Under the pieces are notes generated by a model. That model did no database searches. It worked only from the letters and a program-made list of their open reading frames with translations, and was not told where the DNA came from. This document shows positions 22,826 to 32,398 of a DNA stretch of 61,010 nt, in pieces. Numbering within the stretch: the stretch's first letter is position 1; every line of letters begins with the position of its first letter. Position numbers and translations under genes: made by a program. Origin of the DNA: a virus; the IMG/VR virus record IMGVR_UViG_3300027554_000001. One strand, 5' to 3'.

Positions 22826-25056
22826 TGCGCCACGGGGATGCGGTAGGGCTGTCGTACAACCTGTCGGACGGGACGGACCCGGCCGACGGGGCGAATGGGG
22901 CGAGCGGTGACCCGACCGTGGAGCAGGCGCCGTCTGATGATCCGTTTGCGGTGCTGGGCGGCATAGGGGCGCTCCTGCAGCTATCCGAGCAGTGCCTTGT
23001 GGACTCGACGCACTACCTCGACAGCAATGTCAGGCGACAGATCGAGACCAACCTAGCCAACTTCCAGTCGCGCCACCCGGCAGGCTCGAAGTACCACAGC
23101 CCGACCTACAAGCACCGCTCGCGCCTTTTCGTGCCCCGTACGCGCTCCGTGGCGCTGCGCACCGAGGCCGCTGGTGCTGCCGCCTTCTTCAGCACGCGCG
23201 AGGCCACCTTCGTCGAGCCACGCAGCCAGGACGACCCGGCGCAGGTCGCAGGGGCAGCGCTGCACCACAAGCTGCTCGAGCACCGGCTCAAGCACAGCAT
23301 CAAGTGGTTTCAGACCGCGATCGGGGCAATCCAGGATTGCTTCGTGCAGGGCGTGTGCATCAGCCGCCAAGGCTGGGACTACCGTGTGGACTCGGACGGC
23401 GAGGTCATCGCCGATCAGCCCACCGTGACGCTGATCCCGATCGAACACCTGAGATGGCAAGCCTCGGCGGACTGGTGCGACCCGTTGGCCGATTCGGAGT
23501 ACCTGATCGAGATCATGCCGATGACGGTGGCGCGCGTGATGGAGCGCATGCGGCCCGTTGGGGAGGAGCCGCCCGAGTGGCGCCCGGCCTCCTGGTCGGC
23601 CATCGCCACCGCTGCCCGCACGCCCGACAGCCTGCAGTCGGCACGCGAGAGCAATCGAGGCGCCCCGGACGACAACGAAACCGTACCGCTGCATCGGATC
23701 GTCTACGTGTACCGGCTTATCGTGCGCCGCGAGGGCATCGACTACACGTGGTACTCGCTCGGCACCGATCACCTGCTGACCGCTCCCGCGCGGTTGAAGG
23801 ACATCAACCCGCAGGGTAGGCGCCTGTACCGCATGGGCGCGATGAATATCGAGAGCCACCGCGCGGTGCCGCAATCGACCGCCGAGCACTTGATGGGGCT
23901 GCAGGCGGACGTCAACCACACGCGCAACGATCGAAAGGACAACGTCGCGCTCGCGCTCAACAAACGCTATCTGGTGAGCCGCAACGGCCGCGTCGACATG
24001 CCCGCGCTGATGCGCAACGTGCCGGGCGGGTCGATCTCGGTCAACGACGTCAACTCGTCGGTCAAGGAGATCCAGACCAATGACGTGACCGCGTCGAGCT
24101 GGCGCGAGGAGGAGAGCACCAACGCCGCCTTCGACGAGATGGCGGGCAGCTTCTCGCAATCGTCCGTCAACACCAACCGCCGCATGAGCGAGACGGCGGC
24201 CGGCATGGAGCTGATCGCAGCCGATGCCAACGTCATCACGGAGTACCACCTGGAGGTCTTCGCGACGACCTGGTACGAGCCGGTGCTGCAAGACCTGTTG
24301 GCGCTGCAGCAGGCATTCGAGAGCGACGAGACGGTCATCGCCTTGGCAGCCGAGCAGATGGAGTTGGCCGCCGAATACGGGCTCGGCATGCCCACCGAGG
24401 AGATCATGAGCGCACCGGTGACGCTGAGCGTATCGGTGGGTGTGGATGCGACCAACCCGACGCGGAGATTCGAGCGGCTGCAGGCGCTGGGGCAGTCCGG
24501 GGCGGCACTGGGTCTGGAGCCGAACGGTCCGGAGCTGTACCGCGAGATGGCGGGCTCCTTGGGATTCGACAATGGCGATCGCTTCATCATCCAGCCCGAT
24601 CCGAATGCCCAGCCCGCACCGGACCCTGTCGCCGAGCAGGCCGCGATGCAGCAGGAGGCCGAAGACATGAAGGCGCAGGTCATGCAGGCGAAGATGGAGC
24701 AGGACGGCCAGATCGCCATGCAGCGCATGCAGCTGGACGCCGAGCGATTGCAGGCTGATGCGACCCGTGCGCAGCAGCAATACGAGATCGCGATGGCGAA
24801 GATGCAGATCGATGCCGAGAGTCGCATCCAGCAGGGCGAGCAGAATGCGATGGATGAGCAGGCAGCGCTCCAGTCACGCGAGGAGATCGCGCTGATGCAG
24901 GACTCGACCACGCGCGAGATCGCCGGGCTCAACGCCGAGTCGGCACGTCAGCAGAAGCTGCTCGACGGGGAGATCATGCTGCAGCGTGAGGCGATGAAGC
25001 CGCAGCCCCAGCCCGTACAATCGGGGGGTGATTCCAATGGGGGGTACTTGTCGTGA
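22825..25056 (+). CDS. Portal protein
   Basis: 743 aa, directly upstream of scaffold and capsid genes. C-terminal about 150 aa is Q/A/E/M-rich coiled coil, reminiscent of P22-type portal barrels. No profile run. Confidence 0.65.
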   Translation: MRHGDAVGLSYNLSDGTDPADGANGASGDPTVEQAPSDDPFAVLGGIGALLQLSEQCLVDSTHYLDSNVRRQIETNLANFQSRHPAGSKYHSPTYKHRSRLFVPRTRSVALRTEAAGAAAFFSTREATFVEPRSQDDPAQVAGAALHHKLLEHRLKHSIKWFQTAIGAIQDCFVQGVCISRQGWDYRVDSDGEVIADQPTVTLIPIEHLRWQASADWCDPLADSEYLIEIMPMTVARVMERMRPVGEEPPEWRPASWSAIATAARTPDSLQSARESNRGAPDDNETVPLHRIVYVYRLIVRREGIDYTWYSLGTDHLLTAPARLKDINPQGRRLYRMGAMNIESHRAVPQSTAEHLMGLQADVNHTRNDRKDNVALALNKRYLVSRNGRVDMPALMRNVPGGSISVNDVNSSVKEIQTNDVTASSWREEESTNAAFDEMAGSFSQSSVNTNRRMSETAAGMELIAADANVITEYHLEVFATTWYEPVLQDLLALQQAFESDETVIALAAEQMELAAEYGLGMPTEEIMSAPVTLSVSVGVDATNPTRRFERLQALGQSGAALGLEPNGPELYREMAGSLGFDNGDRFIIQPDPNAQPAPDPVAEQAAMQQEAEDMKAQVMQAKMEQDGQIAMQRMQLDAERLQADATRAQQQYEIAMAKMQIDAESRIQQGEQNAMDEQAALQSREEIALMQDSTTREIAGLNAESARQQKLLDGEIMLQREAMKPQPQPVQSGGDSNGGYLS

Positions 25057-25367
25057 TAGACCGCTACGGCACACGCCCCGACCCCATCGACGACGATCCC
25101 GCAGCGCAGCGCCATATCCTGCAGGAGCGCGAGGAGCGGCAGGTGGCCGAGGAATTCGCTGCGTTTTCCACTACCCGCGCCTTCAAACTGCTCCTACAGT
25201 GGGCAGAAGAGGACGAAAAGTCAGCCATCGAGGTGCTGATCGAATCAGGTGTGCCGCATGAGCATGATCACGCCCGATCGGTGATCAGCGCGACGCGTTA
25301 CTTCAGGCACTACATCAACACCATGCACGAGCGGCTCAAGCAAGAGGACACCGAGCCGCCCGTGTAG
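25053..25367 (+). CDS. Hypothetical protein (104 aa)
   Basis: GTGA coupling; contains an intragenic GCTCCTACAGTGG copy (25190..25202). Confidence 0.55.
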   Translation: MIDRYGTRPDPIDDDPAAQRHILQEREERQVAEEFAAFSTTRAFKLLLQWAEEDEKSAIEVLIESGVPHEHDHARSVISATRYFRHYINTMHERLKQEDTEPPV

Positions 25368-25424
25368 TACCCGAGCACCACCGCGTCGTGAGACGCGGCC
25401 CCTTCCCCATGCTGGAATCTATTC

Positions 25425-26489
25425 ATGGACACTGCCACCCACGAGGGCGCAGAGCAAGGCCAGGCCGAGCAGGAATCGGCACAGATCCGCCAAGCCGAGG
25501 CGCTGAATACGCCGGTACAGCCCAGCGCGCCCGCCCCTGCCGAGCAGACACCGGTCGTGCCGCCTGTCGCCGAGCTGCCCGCGCCCGAGCTGTCGGTATC
25601 GGACCAGCGTCGTGAGGCGCTGAATGCACGCTCGCGCCGCAGCCGTGCCGAGAATGGGCAGTTTGCGCCCGAGAAGCGCACCGCGCCCGAGCAGGTCGCA
25701 CCCGAGCCTGTCGCACCGGCCCCCGAGGCGCTGCCCGACTACGTGCGCCGTCGCGAGGATGGCTCGCTGTACGTGGTGCAGAAGGTGGACGGCACCGAGC
25801 AGGAAGAGTCGCTGGCGGATCTGATCGCCAACGCACAAAAATACAAGACGGGCTCGAAGCGGCTGGAAGAGGCGGCAGCGGCGAGACGTCAATTGACCGA
25901 GTCAGGCGTGACTCGGGTGCAGCCATCCCAGGACGCTGCACAGCACGGCCCATCCCCAACGGACGGCCGGCAGGGCATCACCGAGGAGATGATCAATTCG
26001 ATGATCTTCGATGGCGATGAGAAGGGCACAGAGGCACGGCGAGCCATTGCCGAGCGGCTGTCGAGAGAGTCACCGAGCGTCAACCCGGACGAGATTGCAT
26101 CGCGCACGACCGAGCAGGTCTTGCAGCAACTCGAAGTCCGGCAGGCGCAGGCACGGGTATCGGAAGACCCCGCGTCCAAGGCGATCCTCGATGACCCGTT
26201 TACCCGGCAGATGGCTAACGACTACTCGGCGCAGCTTGCCGAATCGGGCATGACCAATCCGTCTGAGAATATCAGCGAGGCGGTCCGCCTGACACGCGAG
26301 CACTTGGCGAGATTCGCACCGGCCCCCGTCGCCCCTCCTCCCCTGTCGCAGCGCGCGCCGGGCAAGCAGGCTCATGCGGCATCCGCCGCCGTGGCCCCGT
26401 CTGCCCGCGCGCCCCTGACCGCACCCCCGCAGCAGCGGGACACGCAGTCAACGCTGAATCGCATGCGCGCATCTCGCGGCAGCGGTTGA
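25425..26489 (+). CDS. Scaffolding protein (putative)
   Basis: 354 aa, acidic, Ala/Glu/Pro/Gln-rich, low complexity, immediately before the capsid gene. Confidence 0.5.
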   Translation: MDTATHEGAEQGQAEQESAQIRQAEALNTPVQPSAPAPAEQTPVVPPVAELPAPELSVSDQRREALNARSRRSRAENGQFAPEKRTAPEQVAPEPVAPAPEALPDYVRRREDGSLYVVQKVDGTEQEESLADLIANAQKYKTGSKRLEEAAAARRQLTESGVTRVQPSQDAAQHGPSPTDGRQGITEEMINSMIFDGDEKGTEARRAIAERLSRESPSVNPDEIASRTTEQVLQQLEVRQAQARVSEDPASKAILDDPFTRQMANDYSAQLAESGMTNPSENISEAVRLTREHLARFAPAPVAPPPLSQRAPGKQAHAASAAVAPSARAPLTAPPQQRDTQSTLNRMRASRGSG

Positions 26490-26521
26490 TACCCCCATCC
26501 GACATAGGAAACGAATGACAC

Positions 26522-27508
26522 ATGCCAACACTGGCTGATCTGGGCGCCAACGCGCCCGCCGAGGGAGCCGGCCAGCTCTGGGTCGCCGATGAAATCGGTG
26601 GCTACATGTACTCGGACAACCTGTCCGACAAGCTGCGGATTCTGGTGCAGGCACGCTGCCGGTACCGTCAATTCTGCGAGCTGCCCGAGCCGACGATGTC
26701 GGGGACGGGCAAGGGCGCCATGTTCCACTGGAATGTGTACGGCGATGTCGAGACGCAAGGCCGTGCACTGCTCGAAACCGAGCGCATGCCGTCCACGCGC
26801 CTGCAGGCCAAGCAAGGCACCCTGACGGTGACCGAGTACGGCAACAGCGTGCCCTACAGCGGCAAGCTGGATGACCTGTCCGCGCACCCCGTGTACGAGA
26901 TCATCAAGAAGGCGATGGAGCGCGATGCGGCTCAGACCTTCGACTACGACGCGTACCTGCAATTCAGGAAGACCCCGTTGAAAGTGGTGCCGCAGGGTGG
27001 CAACAGTGCGACCGCCATCACGATCACCGAAAACGGCACGCCCGCCGCTGCCAATGGTGCCGCCCTGACCACCGACCACGTCAAGGAGATCGCCCTCCAG
27101 ATGCGTGAGCGCAACATCCCGACCCACAGCCACGGCGACTACTACTGCATCGCCCGACCCACCACGTACCGGGTGGTCGAGAAGAATCTGGAAAACATCC
27201 AGCAGTACACCGCTGATGGCTTCCAGATGATCCGCAACGGCGAGAAGGGGCGCCACGCAGGCGTACGCTTCGTCGAGCAGACCAACGTGGCCGCATCGGG
27301 CGACTTCACCGGCAACAACGGCGACGAGGCGTTCTTCTTCGGCGATGACGTGGTCGTGGAAGGCTGCGTACTGCCCGAGGAGATTCGCGGCAAGATCCCC
27401 GACGACTACGGTCGCGGCAAGGGTGTCGCGTGGTACGCGCTGCTCGGCTTCGCACCGGCTCGCCTGGATGCAGCGGATGCGCGATGCGTCCACTGGACAT
27501 CCGTCTGA
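26522..27508 (+). CDS. Major capsid protein
   Basis: 328 aa after the scaffold. Composition and length fit HK97-fold capsid proteins; resembles the N4-gp56-type family from memory. Confidence 0.7.
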   Translation: MPTLADLGANAPAEGAGQLWVADEIGGYMYSDNLSDKLRILVQARCRYRQFCELPEPTMSGTGKGAMFHWNVYGDVETQGRALLETERMPSTRLQAKQGTLTVTEYGNSVPYSGKLDDLSAHPVYEIIKKAMERDAAQTFDYDAYLQFRKTPLKVVPQGGNSATAITITENGTPAAANGAALTTDHVKEIALQMRERNIPTHSHGDYYCIARPTTYRVVEKNLENIQQYTADGFQMIRNGEKGRHAGVRFVEQTNVAASGDFTGNNGDEAFFFGDDVVVEGCVLPEEIRGKIPDDYGRGKGVAWYALLGFAPARLDAADARCVHWTSV

Positions 27509-27537
27509 TCCCCCACCACCACAGGAGCACATGAGCG

Positions 27538-27756
27538 ATGAGTGACGCAAAAGAAAGCGAGTGGATGAAGCACGGCCGACCGGAGGGCCCGATGGGTCAG
27601 ACCAAGGGGCCGAGTCTGGCGTCCGGTCTGTCCGAGCACTACCAGATCAAGAATAGCCTGGAGAGCATGGGTCAAGGCCACGGTCAGGGCGAGCGGCCGA
27701 AAGCCAACGCCAAGACCACAGTCAAGTCCAAGGGCAAGACGTACCGCTTCGTCTAA
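27538..27756 (+). CDS. Small basic Gly/Lys-rich protein (72 aa)
   Basis: ORF track; follows the capsid gene; possible decoration or minor head protein. Confidence 0.45.
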   Translation: MSDAKESEWMKHGRPEGPMGQTKGPSLASGLSEHYQIKNSLESMGQGHGQGERPKANAKTTVKSKGKTYRFV

Positions 27757-27782
27757 ACCGGCAGGTCTAGGAGGTGATCAGC

Positions 27783-27807
27783 GGGGCCGGCCATTCGCGT
27801 CGGCCCC
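27783..27807 (+). terminator. GC-rich hairpin after the capsid block (no U-tract)
   Basis: GGGGCCG (27783..27789) pairs with CGGCCCC (27801..27807), 11-nt loop. Preceded by an orphan 11-nt perfect SD, AGGAGGTGATC (27769..27779). Confidence 0.3.
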
Positions 27808-27829
27808 GTCTACATGGGACACATGAGAA

Positions 27830-28045
27830 ATGCAGCGAGACAGCGTACGGATCGAGGATGGCACGGAGTACGGCGAGATCCGGTTCACGGGCAAGAGCGC
27901 GGCCACGTCGGGCAGCCTGAAGACCGGCATCGTCGAGCGCGAGCCGCTGGTGGGCTATCGATGGAAGTCGGAAGGGGCTCGTAACGAGTATCGGCCGGGC
28001 TCGGCCGGGTGCGAGGCCATGTCGGTGACGGGGGACGAGACGTGA
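27830..28045 (+). CDS. Hypothetical protein (71 aa)
   Basis: High GC3 in this frame (hand-checked) versus the alternative ATGs 27814/27823. Confidence 0.5.
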   Translation: MQRDSVRIEDGTEYGEIRFTGKSAATSGSLKTGIVEREPLVGYRWKSEGARNEYRPGSAGCEAMSVTGDET

Positions 28046-28512
28046 GCCTGTCGAGCGAGCAATTCGCCGAGCGCCAGATCCGTCAGGCCGCGACACGAAA
28101 GCGGCTGATGATGGAAGGCTACGCGCAGATGTCGCCGGCGATGGGCGAGGCGGTGTACGTCCGGGGCGATGAGTACCTGGACCGCAACGGCGAGCCGTGC
28201 GAGGCCACCGAGCAGGTCGAGGCCCGCGAGGATGGCGTGGTCGATGACAACGAGCTTGCCACGCTGCGCCGAGAGGCCGCCGAGGGCCTGACGCTGGGCG
28301 AGGTGATGAAGATCCTCATGGGCAACGACATCAAGCAGGACTTGCTCGTGCGCGCATTGAGCGAGACCACGGCGGCCGATGCGCTGTCGGAGTACACCGT
28401 GCCGGAAGTGACCGAGTACATCGAGTCGCATGATGTCGATGTCAAATCCAACCTGAAGCGGGCCGAGGTGCTGGCGCTCGTGGACACGATGCACGCAACT
28501 GACGAGGGCTGA
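28042..28512 (+). CDS. Hypothetical head/connector-region protein (156 aa)
   Basis: GTGA coupling; acidic; C-terminal 'TVPEVTEYIESHDVDVKSNLKRAEVLALV' HeH/SAP-like motif. Confidence 0.5.
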   Translation: MSLSSEQFAERQIRQAATRKRLMMEGYAQMSPAMGEAVYVRGDEYLDRNGEPCEATEQVEAREDGVVDDNELATLRREAAEGLTLGEVMKILMGNDIKQDLLVRALSETTAADALSEYTVPEVTEYIESHDVDVKSNLKRAEVLALVDTMHATDEG

Positions 28513-28515
28513 GAG

Positions 28516-28830
28516 ATGAGTAACGAAACCGACGTAGAGCAGGAGATTCAGGACAAGGGCCTGACCGCGCCACGCTTGACCCCGGCGCTGATCGACGAGC
28601 TGGCCGATGGCGCCGTGGCCGAATTCGCGGTGCTGCATGGCGTGCTGACCGTGTGCGCCCTGAAGGTCCGCAATGGCTTCACGGTGACCGGCATCAGCGC
28701 GTGCGCCAGCCCGGAGAATTTCGACAAGGAGCTAGGGGAGAAGATCGCCCGCGCCAATGCTCGCGGCAAGCTGTGGGAGCTGGAAGGCTACCTGCTGCGC
28801 GAGAAGCTGGCGACCGCCGACGACGCATGA
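28516..28830 (+). CDS. N4 Gp49 / Sf6 gp66 family protein
   Basis: 'TVCALKVRNGFTVTGISACASPENFDKELGEKIARANARGKLWELEGYLL' matches that family's signature. Confidence 0.7.
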   Translation: MSNETDVEQEIQDKGLTAPRLTPALIDELADGAVAEFAVLHGVLTVCALKVRNGFTVTGISACASPENFDKELGEKIARANARGKLWELEGYLLREKLATADDA

Positions 28831-29528
28831 CCTACCTCGCGCTCTGTCAGGAGGTCGTCAGACGCGCAGGCGTGGCCGGGGCCAACCGAGGCGCCCCCGA
28901 CACGCTACAGGGCGCCACAGGGCGTCTGGCGCAGATCGCCGACTTCGTGCAGGAGGCGTGCTTGCTGGTCGAATCCGAGTGGACCGACTGGACATACCGA
29001 TCGGTCGACATCGACATGGACGTACCACCGGGTGCTGATCGCATCGACCCGCGCGACACCGGCAGTGATGTCGAGCGCATCAGCGCGCACGCGGTATTCG
29101 CCCGCGACGAGGTCGAGCGCCGGCAGCTGGTGGCGATGAGCTGGGCAAGCATGCGCCGGCTGATCAATGCGCAAGGCCCGGCTGTGACGACCGACCTGCC
29201 CACGCAATTCGCGATCGACCCAGCCGGCGTGATCCATTTCGCGTCGGTACGCGACGAGGACTGGCTGCTGCGCGCCGAGTGCGTGCTGCGCCCGACCACG
29301 CTGCGCCTCGATGACGACGAGCCGCTGATCCCTGCCGACTTCCACGACTTGATCGTGCACGGCGCGCTGGTGCGCTACCACGAGTCCGAAGAAGCCTTCG
29401 ACCTGATGAGCCGCGCCGAGTCCGCCTATCAGGCATGGATGACCCGCCTGGAGGCTGCATGCCTGCCGGGCAGCGACTACAGCCGCACCTACTCGCCCGA
29501 GGTGCCGCTGATCATGCGGACCTACTGA
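28827..29528 (+). CDS. Head-to-tail adaptor / tail-tubular-A-like protein (putative)
   Basis: ATGA coupling; 233 aa; position before a 594-aa protein mirrors podovirus gp11/gp12-type pairs. Function inferred from position only. Confidence 0.45.
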   Translation: MTYLALCQEVVRRAGVAGANRGAPDTLQGATGRLAQIADFVQEACLLVESEWTDWTYRSVDIDMDVPPGADRIDPRDTGSDVERISAHAVFARDEVERRQLVAMSWASMRRLINAQGPAVTTDLPTQFAIDPAGVIHFASVRDEDWLLRAECVLRPTTLRLDDDEPLIPADFHDLIVHGALVRYHESEEAFDLMSRAESAYQAWMTRLEAACLPGSDYSRTYSPEVPLIMRTY

Positions 29529-31313
29529 ATGGACCGCGTCGAGACGATTCTCTTTGCCGGCGGGCTGGACGAGGCATCGAGCGCATCGGATGCCGCCCCC
29601 GGCAGCATCGCGCGCAGCCTGAATTACGAGGTGATCGCAAGCGGCGGGTACCGGCGCATCGGCGGCATGCGTCGATGGTCGGGCGGGGACGTGTCGGTCA
29701 GCCCCGATGCCGTTGTCGTACTGTCAGTGAGTGGGCGACTGACGATGCCGATCGGCACCTTCGTCACGTCCAGCAATGGGGTGCGCGGGCGGGTCGTGGC
29801 GAGTAAGTTCCAGGCCGCCGATGCGGACTCTTTTCTCGTGGCGATCGAGCGCGACCGGGCGACGGATCAGTACGAGGTCGGCGCCGAGTGGACGCCGTAC
29901 TTCCTGCCCGGGTCGGTCGTGCTGGATCTGGCGCCGACGATGAGGGCCGTCACAAGAGACAGCATTCGCGAGACATTCAGCACCAACCCCGGATCGATCG
30001 CGCAGGCGGCGCCCGGCGATGGCCCGGTCGTGCTGCTCGCGCAGATCGGCCCCTCGCTGGTGGCGATCCGCACGGACGGCGAGGATGCCGGCGTGTACCG
30101 CGCCGAGCTTGACGCCTCCCCGCTGGCGCGTGGCTGGTCGCTTATCGGGCGCATCGCCGATGTGGGCGCCGGCCAATGGGCGTCGGTGCGCTACCGATTC
30201 GCCAGCGACCCGGAGGCGATCTATGTGGTCAACGGGCGCATCACGCCGCATCGGATCACGCTGCAGGCGGTGACGATCGTACCGGCCCCCTCCGGCGCGA
30301 CCCACATCACCGCGCATCAAGAGTCGCTGTTTCTCGGCTTCGATGCGGGCAACGTGCTGCACTCCAAGCCGGGCGAGCCGGACAACTTCGATGCAAGCCA
30401 GGGCGCGGGAGACATCCAGGTGGGCGCTGCCGTCACCGGATTCGCCATCGTGCCGGGGGATGCGCTCGCGATCTTCTGCGCCGAGCGTATCCGCGTGCTG
30501 CAGGGCTCGAATGTGGACGACTGGACGCTGCAGGACTGGTCGGACCGAGCGGGCGCGATCCCCGGCACGATCGCCAATCTCCCCACTACTGTCTTCGCCG
30601 ATCGTCGCGGCATCTCGACCTTTGCAGCGTCCGACACCTTCGGCAATTTCACGAGCAAGACGCTATCCCAGCGCTTCGACGCCACGTACCAGCGCATCGT
30701 GCGCTCGGCCAAGGTCTACGCCACCACCAGCCGGGAGAAAAGCCAGTACCGGCTATTCAACCAAGACGGCCGGGCGTTGTATCTCACCTTCGGCGCCGAG
30801 GGCATGGCAGGCGCTGCCGAGGTGGACCTGGGCGTGGACATCACATCCGTGTGCAGCGTGAATGACGACGAGGAGCAGCAATTCATCGGCACCGCTGACG
30901 GGTGGGTGTATCGGCTGGATGTGGGCAACGACCTGGACGGGCGCGCAATCGGTGCATTCCTGCAGACCCCGCCCTACGATTACGGGACGAGTCGGTCACG
31001 CAAGCGGTTTTCGCACATGGAGATCGAGCTGACGGGGGACCCGGGGCTGCAGATGAGCGTTGCCAACATCATCGACGGTGGCGGGGCCGAGCAGTCCGGC
31101 ACCGTGCCTGTCGAGACGGACGAGATCGACGTGGACGCGGTGTCGTTTCGTGACGAGCTGCTGAACCGCTTCAGTCGCCGCTTCTACCTGCTCGCAGACC
31201 TGGTCGGATCGGGGCTCAGGCAGGCGATCCGTCTTGATCCGACGAGTGATCACAGCCACGAGCTGCACGCCATGACCGTCCACACACGCAAGCGAGGCCA
31301 GCGTCGCCGATGA
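29529..31313 (+). CDS. Tail-tubular-B / nozzle-like protein (putative)
   Basis: 594 aa, beta-rich; positional inference. Confidence 0.45.
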   Translation: MDRVETILFAGGLDEASSASDAAPGSIARSLNYEVIASGGYRRIGGMRRWSGGDVSVSPDAVVVLSVSGRLTMPIGTFVTSSNGVRGRVVASKFQAADADSFLVAIERDRATDQYEVGAEWTPYFLPGSVVLDLAPTMRAVTRDSIRETFSTNPGSIAQAAPGDGPVVLLAQIGPSLVAIRTDGEDAGVYRAELDASPLARGWSLIGRIADVGAGQWASVRYRFASDPEAIYVVNGRITPHRITLQAVTIVPAPSGATHITAHQESLFLGFDAGNVLHSKPGEPDNFDASQGAGDIQVGAAVTGFAIVPGDALAIFCAERIRVLQGSNVDDWTLQDWSDRAGAIPGTIANLPTTVFADRRGISTFAASDTFGNFTSKTLSQRFDATYQRIVRSAKVYATTSREKSQYRLFNQDGRALYLTFGAEGMAGAAEVDLGVDITSVCSVNDDEEQQFIGTADGWVYRLDVGNDLDGRAIGAFLQTPPYDYGTSRSRKRFSHMEIELTGDPGLQMSVANIIDGGGAEQSGTVPVETDEIDVDAVSFRDELLNRFSRRFYLLADLVGSGLRQAIRLDPTSDHSHELHAMTVHTRKRGQRRR

Positions 31314-32398
31314 ATCAGCAGCCACAGGGCCTGTTGCAGCAGCAGACCAATGTACGCGACCGCTCAACCGTCGAGAATCGCCTGACGGGCCTGTTGGGGC
31401 GTGATAGCCGCTACATGCGCCAAGCGCAGGCATCGGGCGAGCGGCAGGCTCAGTCACGCGGGCTGCTCAACAGCACGATGGGCGTGCAGGCCGCCGAGGG
31501 CGCGCGCATCCAGGCCGCGCTCCCGATCGCGCAGCAGGACGCGCAGACCTACGCACAAGCTGACTTCCAGGATGCAGCGTACCGGCAACAGGGCGGATTG
31601 CAGCAGCAGCAAAGCGGTTTCGTGATCCGGCAGCAGGACAATCAGGGCGGCATCAACTCGCGGCTCCAATCCGAGCAGGGCGTCATCCAGGGTCGGCTGC
31701 AGGGACAGCAGGGCGATATCAACAGCCGACTCCAGCGCGAGCAGTCCGGCTACGTGATCGGCCAGCAAAACAACCAGGGCACGATCAACAGCCGGCTTCA
31801 GTCCGAGCAGGGCGTCATCCAGGGGCGCCTGCAGGGGCAGCAGGGCGATATCAACTCGCGCCTGCAGACCGAGCAGGGGCGTATCAACGCCGGGCTGCAG
31901 CGCGATCAGAATGGCTTCGTGATCCAGCAGCAGGGCAACCAGGGAGATATCAACTCACGCCTCCAGGGCGAGCAGGGCGACATCAACGGCCGGCTGCAGT
32001 TCGAGAATTCGCAGCAGCAGCAGGACGCTGCGCGCCTGAATGCCGGGCTGAATAGCCAGCAGGCGGGGCGTGATCAGATCGCGCAAATACGCATCAACAG
32101 CCAAGCCCAGATAGCCGCCCTGTACGCCAACCCCAATATCGGCCCCAATCGTCGGCAGGCGGGCATTCAGGAGATAGAGCGCAATGAGCGCAACAGCACC
32201 CGCGCGATCGAGGATGCGAATGGTATCCCGCCCGGTGATTTCACTTTCACCAACGCGCGCGGAGAGCAACAGGAAAACTTCGGAGACTGGGATTACAACA
32301 GTCCGCATCCCCCGCCGCAGGGTGTGAACTTCGGGGTGGAGGGTCGTCAGTATCGCTGGACCTGGAACGGCTCGCGATGGGTGGCGGGGCCGGTGTGA
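31310..32398 (+). CDS. Gln-rich tandem-repeat virion/ejection protein
   Basis: ATGA coupling; 362 aa. 11-aa periodicity 'QGxINSRLQxE' nested in 44-aa (132-bp) repeats. Confidence 0.65.
   Translation: MNQQPQGLLQQQTNVRDRSTVENRLTGLLGRDSRYMRQAQASGERQAQSRGLLNSTMGVQAAEGARIQAALPIAQQDAQTYAQADFQDAAYRQQGGLQQQQSGFVIRQQDNQGGINSRLQSEQGVIQGRLQGQQGDINSRLQREQSGYVIGQQNNQGTINSRLQSEQGVIQGRLQGQQGDINSRLQTEQGRINAGLQRDQNGFVIQQQGNQGDINSRLQGEQGDINGRLQFENSQQQQDAARLNAGLNSQQAGRDQIAQIRINSQAQIAALYANPNIGPNRRQAGIQEIERNERNSTRAIEDANGIPPGDFTFTNARGEQQENFGDWDYNSPHPPPQGVNFGVEGRQYRWTWNGSRWVAGPV
31613..32010 (+). repeat. Coding tandem repeat, 132-bp units (33-bp sub-period)
   Basis: Unit 1 starts 31613 (SGFVIRQQDNQGGINSRLQSEQGVIQGRLQGQQGDINSRLQREQ). 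Unit 2 starts 31745 (SGYVIGQQNNQGTINSRLQSEQGVIQGRLQGQQGDINSRLQTEQ). A degenerate third unit follows. Confidence 0.85.

Noticed and set aside
23053-24780. 575-aa minus-strand ORF antisense to the portal gene. Similar long antisense ORFs occur at 26372..27550, 34909..36222, 36260..37438, 18795..19937, 4101..5165, 42929..44056 and 11813..12535.
   Set aside because: These are typical high-GC shadow ORFs. Their products are Arg/Ala/Gly/Pro-rich with no motifs, and they fully overlap + strand genes that have recognisable domains, coupled starts and high third-position GC.
27783-27807. Rho-independent terminators (this hairpin and 55431..55460)
   Set aside because: Neither hairpin is followed by a U-tract, so I report them only as structures or palindromes. 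No convincing intrinsic terminator was seen, even at the convergent junction near 44100.
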